Source: Octopus vulgaris (taxonomy: Eukaryota). Taken from it: a stretch of 64,000 nucleotides of DNA. Below the pieces are notes generated by a model, which was not told where the DNA came from, did no database searches, and saw only the letters and a list, made by a program, of their open reading frames with translations. The DNA lies in contig OX597817.1 of the NCBI GenBank assembly GCA_951406725.2, positions 169,756,001-169,820,000 on the forward strand, written 5' to 3'. Both the position numbers and the translations under genes were made by a program. Of the stretch, positions 51,971 to 63,107 are shown one piece after another. The number at the start of each line of letters is the position of its first letter. The first letter of the stretch is position 1.

Positions 51971-53104
51971 TTTCATTTTGCTCCGCCTAAATTTGTCTTC
52001 TATATACCCAAAGAGAACTGATAATTTTCTGAAATAGTGTTCTGAGTATGTTATAGGTTTTACTGCATTGAGAGAAGGTCTTTACTTTGCTTATATAATT
52101 TTTGCAAGGTAGTGAACATATGTAAAAAATGCCATGGATTACTCACTGTGCCCTACCCCTACAGGAAATGGAAATATTTATCTCAATTTTCCTGTTTTTA
52201 TCAGGATTTTTGCCCACTTTGTTTTTCACACATTGCAAAACAATGAAGAGAAGCCGTTTTAAAAGAAGAATCCATGCCTTTTAAATGTTGGTATCTCCAC
52301 CCACCCCCCTCATACGCACGCATGCGCATGCACACACCATGCCTTTGGAACAGCAACAACCACAAAAATGATTTTTTTTTTTTGTAATTTTCTGTCATCT
52401 TATCTTATTCCACATTCTGAAACATTTGTAACTCACATTAAAAGAAAAAAAAAATCTTATCCCTTCTTCCCCAATTCTTTGTACTTTTCACAATGAAAGA
52501 AAAGTTAAATACTGCAAGTGGATGTGTGAAAAATGAAATTTGAATTTTGAAAAGTGTATCTATAAAGCAGCATTTTTAGTCATTATTTAAACTTTGCTAA
52601 TTTAAACTCTGCTAATTCATCAAATTCAATTACGTGAAATAGATGGGTTTTGAGATTTAAATTTGGTAATTTTCTAGTATTTTAATTCATGTGTATAAGG
52701 AGCCCACCAAACTTGAAGTGCCTCAGGCTCCCCATGGTTTAAATCTAGTCTTGGTCAAACGTTGCTCTGAGAAGAGTTGGAGGAATCTACCAGATTTTTC
52801 CTGGTCAAAGTCAATTTACTATGCCAAGAGGATCTCACAGGCATCCTATTTATGAAAATGCTAAATTCGCTAAAAATATTTTAAACACAGACATTGTTTG
52901 ATTGCCAAAATTTGCTGTCTCTATGGTTTGTTGTTTAAATGTATATTGAAATAAAAACGGTTAAAAAATGATATAAGTTTTGATCTATTAAATTTGCCTT
53001 TTATTTCAAATATTGTTTTACCTTTTTTTCTTTTTTGCAAGGTGAGAAAAAAAAAATGAAGGATAACTTGACAGAGTTTATTAGAAAACGTAGGCAAACA
53101 TATG

Positions 53105-53518
53105 TGCAGGAGTGGCTGTGTGGTAAGTAGCTTGCTTACCAACCACATGGTTCCAGGTTCAGTCCCACTGCGTGGCACCTTGGGCAAGTGTCTTCTGCTA
53201 TAGCCTCGGGCCGACCAATGCCTTGTGAGTTGATTTGGTAGACGGAAACTGAAAGAAGCCTGTCGTATATATGTATATATATATGTATTTGTGTGTATGT
53301 TTGTGTGTCTGTGTTTGTCCCCCTAGCATTGCTTGACAACCGATGCTGGTGTGTTTACGTCCCCATCACTTAACGGTTCGGCAAAAGAGACTGATAGAAT
53401 AAGTACTGGGCTTACAAAGAATAAGTCTCGGGCTCGATTTGCTCAACTAAAGGCGGTGCTCCAGCATGGCCGCAGTCAAATGACTGAAACAAGTAAAAGA
53501 GTAAAAGAGTAAGAGTAA
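53105..53518 (+). mobile_element. CORE-like SINE, full length
   Basis: Same family, (gtaaaaga)n tail. Confidence 0.85.
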
Positions 53519-54007
53519 ACAAATAAAGTTTTATCAGAAACATCAAAATACTCCGATGTGGGTTCCATTGGTAGCATGCAACCTGCTGAGTTATCCATTT
53601 TCCTCCCTGAATTTTTCAAATTGTTATGGTAATTTATGGACACCATGTTTCACTAGCGTAGCTGGTGGGGCAGAGGGGGGAGTAGGGGCGGTCCTCCCTG
53701 GGTGGCAATTTTGGGGCTGCTGTAGGCAATATGTGTCTTTTTGTGGTGTCCGGGGTCAGCAAATGGAAGGACTGCCCTGGGCGGCACACTCTCTAGCTAT
53801 GCTAATGCCCTTTTTTTAACTATTTCTTGAATCTATACCTAATATTTCAATGAAACATTAATTGTTGCATATAACAACGGGTCATGCATGGTTTAAACAT
53901 GGTAGGATCAGCACAATTATGTGGTTGCCTCTGAATGTTTTTGTGAGGAATACCAGTATCTCTGGTGCGATGCATAATTAAGAGGAGGCAGTGTGCATGA
54001 TTACATA

Positions 54008-54386
54008 CATGGTTCGGGTTCAGTCCCACTGCGTGGCATCTTGGGGAAGTGTCTTCTGCTATAGCCCCGGGCCGACCAATGCCTTGTGAGTGGATTTGGT
54101 AGACAGAAACTGAAAGAAGCCTGTCGTATATATGTATATATATATACGTGTGTATGTGTTTGTGTGTCTGTGTTTGTGTGTCTGTGTTTGACCCCCTAGC
54201 ATTGCTTGACAACCGATGCTAGTGTGTTTGCGTCCCCGTCACTTAGCAGTTCGGCAAAGAATAAGTACTGGACTTACAAAGAATAAGTCCCGGGGTCGAT
54301 TTACTTACTAAAGGTGGTGCTCCAGCATGGCTGCAGTCAAATGACTGAAACAAGTAAAAGAGTAAAGAGAGTAAAGAGTAAAGAGT
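54008..54386 (+). mobile_element. CORE-like SINE, 5'-truncated
   Basis: Same family. Confidence 0.82.
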
Positions 54387-54766
54387 ATACGTACAAATGT
54401 ACTATGTATGTACGGTGTAATGCATAATTAAGAGGAGTGAATGTGCATACCTATGCCAGGTCCGCACCGTTATGTAAATTTCCTGGGTCAGATAAATGCA
54501 CACATCTAGATATAGATATTGGTTTCAAATTTTGGCACAAGGAAAGCAATTTCGGAAGTGGGGGTATGTTGATTATATCGACTCCAGTGCTCAACTGGTA
54601 CTTGTTTTATCGATCCGAACTCAAAAACATAAAGACGACCGAAATGCCGCTAAGCATTTTGTCCGGAGTGCTAATGATTCTACCAGCTTGCCACCTTAAT
54701 GCAGATATACAAATTGCAATATATGAACATACATACAAAAGTGAAGCACAAACACTTGTACACTAA

Positions 54767-55052
54767 TCATCATCATCATCATCATCGTTTAACGTCCGTT
54801 TTCCGCGCTAGCACGGGTTGGACGGTTCAACCGGGGTCTGGGGAGCCAGGGGCTGCTCCAGGCTCCAGTCTGATCTGGCAGTGTTTCTACAGCTGGATGC
54901 CCTTCCTAATGCCAACCACTCCGTGAGTGTAGTGGGTGCTTTTTACGTGCCACCTGCACAGGTGCCAGAGGGGTCTGGCATCAGCCACGATCGGTTGGTG
55001 CTTTTTATGTGCCACCGGCACAGAAGCCAGTCGAGGCGGCACTGGCAACGGC
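54767..55052 (-). mobile_element. RTE 3'-UTR copy
   Basis: Same terminus and units. Confidence 0.8.
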
Positions 55053-56505
55053 CTCAATGTATATACACTACACAAATACAAGTTACCCATGAGTACAAAC
55101 ATGCATACATACACACATCAACAGATTCAGACGACCACAAACACCCAGCACCTGCCCTAAATGAAACAAAAAAGCTTTGCCACTTGGTTAGTTGCCAGCT
55201 TGAATTCTTCAAATGAAAACAAATTTTTAATAGAAACACACACACACACGTATATAATGAGAAAAGAAAAAAAAAAAGATTTTTAATAATTGTTTTCTAC
55301 TTCTCTCATTATACGTGACTTGGACTCTTTGTATTTCAACCTATGCTTCTATGTGATTGGATTTATATATCAGCAGAATATAGGAATTTAATGTACAATT
55401 ATATGACGAAAATTTTAGGATAAATTGATTGTTGAAATATCTGATCCGCATGATAAGGCATGAAATAGTGGGGGTAAGATAAATATTGTTATCAACATTT
55501 TTACGCTTAGAAATATCAAAATTCCAGAAGAATTAGTTCCACCATTGAGTGAAGATAATACTGAAATGTATCTACCACAAATTTATTTTGCTTGGAGTAG
55601 ATTTATAAGTTTTGCTGAAAAAACCTAAATGCAGCCAGTAAGTGCTTAATGTTTAAATTGACGAGTAAAAAAAAATCTCAGTATTTTCAATTAAAAAGGG
55701 CGGTGAGCTGGTAGAATCGTTAACACACCGGACAAAATGCTTAGGACATTTCTTCTGGTTTTACGTTCTGGGTTCAAATGTCGCCGACGTTAACTTTACC
55801 TTTCAGCCTTTCAAGTTCGACAAAATAAGTCAAGAACTGGGTCACTTTATATTGACCTTGTACCTATTACCAGAAAGAAAATATGTATTAGATTAATTGG
55901 CGCACATGGCAGAGACGTAACTCGACCCGCCCCCAATTTTTATTAATTTTTTTTTTTTTACAGAAACCCACGTTTTCGGTTATGGACATTCCGATTCTGG
56001 GAAAAAATCGCAATTTCAAAATTTCACCCCCCCCCTCCCTTCCCACCTCTTTCCATTTCTTCATCTATCACTTTTTTCAGAAATTTTTGGCAGGGGCAAA
56101 AAACGTAGAAAAATACAGAGATTTTGATTCTGAAAAAAAAAAAACTGTTCGTAAAATTTCAATTTTTCATAAATAAAAATAAAAATTACCCCAACTCCCT
56201 CCTCTCCCGATTCTACGGCCTTCAAGCAGGCCACCCACAGCTAGAAATAACAGCCAAATCTCGCACAAACTTCTTGGCACATACGTACATACTCTGTATC
56301 GAATGCTTTGCTGTATCAGTCTTTGATTTTGCCCTTGGATAACATTGGTGGCAAGGAAGGAGAGGGTAGGCTGGTATGCTTGGGTGACTGCCGGTCTTCC
56401 ATAGACAAATTTGCCCGGACTTGTACTTTGGTGAGGAACTTTCTAGGTGCAATCTCATGGTCATTTATGACCAAAGGGGATCTTTAACCTTTTCCCTACA
56501 ACATA

Positions 56506-56760
56506 TGGCCACCGTGCCGGTGGCACGTAAAAAGCACCATCCGAGCATGGCCGTTCGCCAGCCTCGTCTGGCACCTGTGTCGGTGGCACATAAAAAGCAT
56601 CCACTACACTCACGGAGTGGTTGGCGTTAGGAAGGGCATCCAGCTGTAGAAACACTGCCAGATCTGACTGGCCTGTTGCAGCCTCCTGGCTTCCCAGACC
56701 CCAGTTGAACCGTCCAACCCATGCTAGCATGGAAAGCGGACGTTAAACGATGATGATGAT
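56506..56760 (+). mobile_element. RTE 3'-UTR copy
   Basis: Same terminus and units. Confidence 0.8.
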
Positions 56761-56988
56761 ATTAGTAAACACACTGGTCCTCTACAAAAACCTGCACAAC
56801 CGCACCTCCTTCTCATAGATCACTCCCTTGTTCATTGGCATGAAGCTGACCCCACCCCACCCCACAGGACTTGTAGTGCTGCGAAGTATGATAATGATGA
56901 TAAAAGTGATGATTTATATTATTTACATTTGGCAGATATTTGTCCTCATCTTGTTAGGAATGAGAACCCAGGTTCGAAATTACCCCAA

Positions 56989-57034
56989 GACACCTGAAGA
57001 AGGCTGGAGGGTATATCAGCCGAAACGTTGTGTT
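56989..57034 (+). ncRNA. Type I minimal hammerhead ribozyme motif (Penelope-like)
   Basis: gacac CTGAAGA a ggctg-(10 nt)-cagcc GAA ACGT T gtgtt: stems I and II pair, stem III is the palindrome ACGT, cleavage triplet GUU. Confidence 0.82.
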
Positions 57035-57324
57035 AACAACAAACAAGATGAGGTCAAATATCCGTCGAATGTAAATAATGTAAATAATGTACACAATTCC
57101 TCATCTCTTAAATATAGAATTATAAAAGTGATGATGTAAACTACTCTGTTGATGATGACAATCAAGGCATTTCGTTACTAACCTGCCTGAAACCTTCTCT
57201 GGCTCTGAGTTCAAATGTCTTATTTTCATAAGTTTTGAATTAAAATCTTCCACCAAACCTTAGTCACAATTTATGTTCCTAACACCAGCTGAATGATAAC
57301 TAAGTTATTTTACTAAATTATCTT

Positions 57325-57722
57325 TATCTTTTATCTATTACTTGTTTCAGTCATTTGACTGCGGCCATGCTGGAGCACCGCCTTTAGTCGAGCAAATCGA
57401 CCCCGGGACTTATTCTTTGTAAGCCCAGTACTTATTCTATCGGTCTCTTTTGCCGAACCGCTAAGTGATGGGGACGTAAACACACCAGCATCAGTTGTCA
57501 AGCAATGCTAGGGGGACAAACACACAAACACACACACATACACATATATATATATACATATATACGACAGGCTTCTTTCAGTTTCCGTCTACCAAATCCA
57601 CTCACAAGGCATTGGTCGGCCCGGGGCTATAGCAGAAGACACTTGCCCAAGATGCCACGCAGTGGGACTGAACCCGGAGCCATGTGGTTGGTTAGCAAGC
57701 TACTTACCACACAGCCACTCCT
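57325..57722 (-). mobile_element. CORE-like SINE nested in a piggyBac-like MITE remnant
   Basis: Same family; the flanking remnant ends aaaagggtta at ~57790. Confidence 0.82.
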
Positions 57723-58045
57723 TTGTTATATTTAAAGTAATTGAAAGAAACACAGAGCATCTCAAAATGAATACAGTAACAAAAGGGTTATAAGCAATTT
57801 AGAATTGTTTTGTATGTTTATATATATGCATGCGTGTGTGTGTAGATAGTAGATTGATTACATATTTCTTTCATTATTTTATCGCATTTTTGAAAAATTG
57901 AAATTTTACAGGCAATTTTGTTTTCAGAATCATAATCTCCGTATTTTTCTACGTATTTCGTCAAAAAAAAAAAAAAAAAATTCTGAAAATAGTGAAGGAT
58001 AAAGAAATGGTGGAGAAATTGAAATTGCGATTTTTGCCAATTTTT

Positions 58046-58213
58046 GGATCTTTTCGGTTTGAACGGCAGTTTTTAGCATAATTTCCTAACCCTAACTAAC
58101 CCTAACCCTAAAACAGATTGAAATGCAATAGATCGATACTAGGGTCATAATTATGGGTGACAATTTCATATGACACCGCTAGAAAAAAACTGCCGTTCAA
58201 ACCGAAAAGATCC
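58046..58213. mobile_element. Small MITE with 29-bp TIRs and internal (CCCTAA)n
   Basis: ggatcttttcggtttgaacggcagttttt / aaaaactgccgttcaaaccgaaaagatcc. Confidence 0.85.
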
Positions 58214-58418
58214 CCTTTCAGAATCGTATTCGTGGGTTTCTGTAAAAATAAATAAATGAATAAATAAAGTGGGAGGGGTGGATTACGTCTCCGCCACGTG
58301 CGCTTTACAAAATAAGTACTGGGGTCGATTCGTTCGACTACATTCCTTCAAAGCTGAGTCCCAGCATGGTCGCAGTCCAATGACTGAAACAAGTAAAAGA
58401 TAAAAGATAGGGTAATTT

Positions 58419-58837
58419 GGCAATCTTTCGTCTCTAGTAGACCTTTCCGTCGATTTCCGTAAAAAATTTTTTTTTTTTACATATGGGCTTGCGGGAACTT
58501 TTGAAGTAATGAGAGCGAAAGAGACTAACAGAAAGCGATTGTATGACGAGGAAGTTCTTTTGAAGTTACCGTGCATGGGAAGCATTGATGTACATGTGTG
58601 TGTGTGTGTTTGATGGGGTGTGGGAGACAGACAGTATGTTGTGTAAGTGAAGTGCTTCTGTTAGTGTGTGTGAAGAGACAGAGTAATGTGTGAAAGAAAG
58701 AGATAACTGAAATTTTTTACTCGGTGTATGTGTATATGTATGTATATTACTTCAAAAGTTCCCGCAAGCCCATATGTAAAAAAAAAAAAAAATTTACGGA
58801 AATCGACGGAAAGGTCTACTAGAGACGAAAGATCGTC
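58419..58837. mobile_element. MITE with ~90-bp TIRs and 8-bp TSD (Merlin- or hAT-type)
   Basis: TIR tctttcgtctctagtagacctttccgtcgatttccgtaaa...gaagtaat and its reverse complement. TSD GGTAATTT at 58411-58418 and 58838-58845. Confidence 0.9.
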
Positions 58838-59357
58838 GGTAATTTAAATGATTGATAAACTGAAAAAAAAAAAAAAAATTTCCAGTCGCTCGACCTTCAA
58901 GAAACTGCAACCAAAAGTCCTCGAAATAACATCTTATTTCTTAAAGGGGAGACACATTGGAATAATGTAATCATAGATAAATATATTGAGATAATCAAGT
59001 CTCGAATGCTTTTTTTTTTTTTTATCATAGACGTTGTATTATCAGTATTGCTTCAAGATTACACAACAATCTGACATCTTAGGGAAATTCAATGAGCCAA
59101 TTGTCTAAATTATCAAAATACATTTTTGATAAATGATTGGTCGTTTGATTTTGTTATTCTGTCTAACTCATTAATGAGACGGTCCATTGTAGTATTTATG
59201 ATCACGGTCCATAAAAAGATACGTAGAAACCACTATTGATCCACTTTCACTGTTACTGGGTCACCTGAGCCACTGTAGCGATCAACTGAAAAAAACTTAA
59301 TTAGACCATAAAAATGTGTACCGGTCCTTTAAAAAAAGAAAAAAACCCAACCTAGTC

Positions 59358-59716
59358 GCAGGAGTGGCTGTGTGGTAAGTAGCTTGTTTACCAACCACAT
59401 GGTTCCGGGTTCAATCCCACTGCGTGGCATCTTGGGCAAGTGTCTTCTACTATAGCCCCGGGCCGACCAGTGCCTTGTGAGTGGATTTGGTAGACGGAAA
59501 CTGAAAGAAGCCTGTCGTATATATGTATATATATATATATATGTATGTGTGTGTATATGTTTGTTCCCCTAGCATTGCGGTTCGGCAAAAAGAGACCGAT
59601 AGAATAAGTACTGGGCTTACAAAAAGAATAAGTCCCGGGGTCGAGTTGCTCGACTAAAGGCGGTGCTCCAGCATGGCCGCAGTCAAATGACTGAAACAAG
59701 TAAAAGAGTAAAGAGA
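59358..59716 (+). mobile_element. CORE-like SINE with internal deletion
   Basis: Same family. Confidence 0.82.
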
Positions 59717-59997
59717 GCAGTCATTCGTAACCACTGTGCTGATTCACTAAAACAATTACGGCTTCATCAGAGCCGCTGTTCTGATCCATCAAAATACAAC
59801 TGGTTCGTCAAACCTAATGTACTTTAGGCCATATTAGCAATATTAAGGTCACCAGGGTAAATTAATGCATTAGGTCCTACGGTATTTATTTATTGATAAC
59901 AAGCCACAACATACATAGATTATAACTGGGCTCCTTCATTCGTGAGCTCCCCACCCCGCCCCGGGCAACTGCCTATGCCTGAAAACGGTACATACTG

Positions 59998-60059
<62 letters not shown>

Positions 60060-60102
60060 ATATATATACATATATATATACACACATATATATATACATG
60101 TG

Positions 60103-60148
<46 letters not shown>

Positions 60149-60301
60149 CATGTATATATATATACATATATATACATGTATATATATATACATATATGTA
60201 TATATACATATATACATGTATATATATATATATATACATATATGTATATATATACATATATGTATATGTATATATATACATATATATATATACATATATA
60301 C

Positions 60302-60332
<31 letters not shown>

Positions 60333-60336
60333 CATG

Positions 60337-60368
<32 letters not shown>

Positions 60369-60382
60369 CATATATATATATA
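59998..60382. repeat. (TA)n/(CA)n tract
   Basis: Seen directly. Confidence 0.95.
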
Positions 60383-60589
60383 GGTCCATGAAAAAACCTA
60401 TTGAACGGTCCATTATAGCCACCCTACTGATTAATCAAAACACAAATGGTCCATCAAAACTATGTATGTAATTAATGGCCCATCAAAACTACTGTTAACT
60501 AGTGGTTCGTCAAAATTCACAATGCTAGTCCATTAAGACCAATGTAGTGATCAACTAAAACACTCTACTGATCGATCAAAAGCATTGTA

Positions 60590-61597
60590 GCGATCCATTA
60601 AATGATTGAACAGAATCACTGAGTGATCTATTAAATGATTGAACAGAATCACTGAGTGATCTATTAAATGATTGAACAAAATCACTGAGTGATCCATTAA
60701 ATGATTGAACAGAATCACTGAGTGATCCATTGAACAGAATCACTGAGTGATCTATTAAATGATTGAACAGAATCACTGAGTGATCCATTAAATGATTGAA
60801 CGGAATCACTGAGTGATCCATTGAACAGAATCATTGAGTGATCCATTAAATGATTGAACAGAATCACTGAGTGATCTATTAAATGATTGAACAGAATCAC
60901 TGAATGATCCATTGAACAGAATCACTGAGTGATCCATTAAATGATTGAACAGAATCACTGAGCGATCCATTAAATGATTGAACAAAATCACTGAGTGATC
61001 CATTGAACAGAATCACTGAGTGATCCATTGAACGGAATCACTGAGTGATCCATTGAACAAAATCACTGAGTGAGCCATTAAATGATTGAACAGAATCACT
61101 GAGCGATCCATTAAATGATTGAACAGAATCACTGAGTGATCCATTAAATGATTGAACAGACTCACTGAGTAATCCATTAAATGATTGAACAGAACCACTG
61201 AGTGATCCATCGAACAGAATCACTGAGTGATCCATCGAACAGAATCACTGAGTGATCCATTGAACGGAATCACTGAGTGATCCATCGAACAGAATCACTG
61301 AGTGATCCATTAAATGATTGAACAGAATCACTGAGCGATCCATTAAATGATTGAACAGAATCACTGAGTAATCCATTAAATGATTGAACAAAATCACTGA
61401 GTGATCCATTGAACAGAATCACTGAGTGATCCATTGAACGGAATCACTGAGCGATCCATTAAATGATTGAACAGAATCACTGAGTAATCCATTAAATGAT
61501 TGAACAGAATCACTGAGTGATCCATTAAATGATAGAACAGAATCACTGAGTGATCCATTAAATGATTGAACAGAATCACTGAGTGATCCATTGAACG
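60590..61597. repeat. Minisatellite of interspersed 33-bp and 25-bp units
   Basis: gaacagaatcactgagtgatccatt(aaatgatt), roughly 30-35 units. Confidence 0.95.
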
Positions 61598-61831
61598 CTT
61601 GATCAAAACCACTGACTGATCCATCGAAAATATTGTCCTGGTCCATCAAAACACAACTTGTTCCACGAAATCCATCCAAAAAAAGGAGTGGATCATTAAA
61701 ATTTTTATTTTGGTTTCAAGAAATTTTTTCTTGAAACAAAGAAAAAAATGGCTTCTTTCTTTTTATCTCGTAAAAATCTTTTATCATGGCTTCGCTTCGT
61801 TTTTCTCTCGTTATTGTTAGAATTATCTTAC

Positions 61832-61894
61832 CTTCTGAACTTTTCTCTCGGTACGAAGGCCAATTCTGTGCCTGGAACCACCGACCCAATTCAT
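61832..61894 (-). CDS. REDIC1: REDIC1/C12orf40-like meiotic crossover regulator, coding exon 1 (MNWVGGSRHRIGLRTERKVQK)
   Basis: ATG at 61894 gives 21 open codons, then donor AAG|gtaaga. MNWVGGSR...QK|EYFEK matches the recalled N-terminus of human C12orf40/REDIC1. Confidence 0.88.
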
Positions 61895-62164
61895 TATTCA
61901 GGACAACTTTAGATAAACAATGATGGGGGGAAAAGCTTGTTGAGATTGTCGAGGGATCAATAACGACATAGTTATTGATGGAAGGTGACAAACTGGGCGA
62001 TACGCAGGCATGAGCGACGCACACGCACACACATATACACACATACATACATACACACATTCAAGCGTAGTCACACACACACACACACACACACATATAC
62101 AAACTCGCATTTACATACACTGCCGTACATGTAAATATAGAGTGAGGTGGGGTAAGAGATATAA

Positions 62165-62370
62165 AGGAAGAGTGAGAGAGAGGTAGCGAGAGAGAAAGAG
62201 ATGTAGGGAGAGAGAGAGAGGAAGGGAGAGAGAGAGAGGTAGGGAGACAGAGAGAGGTAGGGAGAGAGAGAGAGAAGTAGGGAGAGAGAGAGGTAGGGAG
62301 AGAGAGAGGTAGGGAGAAAGAGAGAGGTAGGCAGAGAGAGAGGTAGAAAGAGGTAGGGAGACAGAGAGAT
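62165..62370. repeat. Polypurine (GA)n/GGTAGG tract upstream of the REDIC1-like start codon
   Basis: Seen directly. Confidence 0.9.
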
Positions 62371-62664
62371 TACACATTAGTCGTATAATCTTATGTACAC
62401 ATACTTTACACACATGCACGCACATACACACACATATGCGTAGAAAATGATGGTTAGAAATGCGGGAGTGGGGTGGGGGGGAGAATGGACGAAACACGTC
62501 GATAGAGATGCAGAATAAAGTCTGATATAATTCTTGTAGACTTTTGCATAATGTCACACAGCGGCATGCGTACCCCACACTCATATACGCTTGACACATT
62601 TCTTGTTTAAACACACAAAATGCCGCTCGCATACACATACAAAAACAGGCAAAATGTAAAATAA

Positions 62665-63076
62665 TTACATACATATATATACATAAAACACACACATTTA
62701 CATCCACATACATACGTTCATACATACATTCATACATGCATGCATACACATGCATGCATGCATACATACATACATACATACATTCATAATACATACATAC
62801 ATACTTACATACATGCATACATACATACATACATAAATACATACATACGTACGTACATATATACATACGTACATACGTACGTACATACATACATATATAC
62901 ATAAATAAATACATACATACGTACGTACATACATACATACATACATACATAGTACATACATACGTACATACATACATACATACATACATACATACATACA
63001 TACATACATACATACGTACGTACATACATACATACATACGTACGTACGTACATACATACATACATACATACATACA

Positions 63077-63106
<30 letters not shown>
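62665..63106. repeat. (CATA)n/(CGTA)n microsatellite
   Basis: Seen directly. Confidence 0.95.

Positions 63107-63107
<1 letters not shown>

Larger units (their letters stand above)
55899..58303. mobile_element. Putative fold-back element with ~280-bp diverged inverted arms (55899-56175 and 57880-58303) and nested inserts
   Basis: gcgcacatggcagagacgtaa...acagaaacccacg...acgtagaaaaatac is mirrored at the right arm. No TSD found. Confidence 0.6.

Noticed and set aside
58088-58111. Telomere or chromosome-fusion scar
   Set aside because: Only a few CCCTAA units, lying inside a TIR element.
60590-61597. CRISPR-like array of palindromic ~30-bp repeats
   Set aside because: Units are head-to-tail with no unique spacers, there are no cas genes, and the context is a eukaryotic intron.
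62485-62505. GAAACACGTC resembling a hammerhead 3' half
   Set aside because: No upstream CUGANGA or pairing stems.
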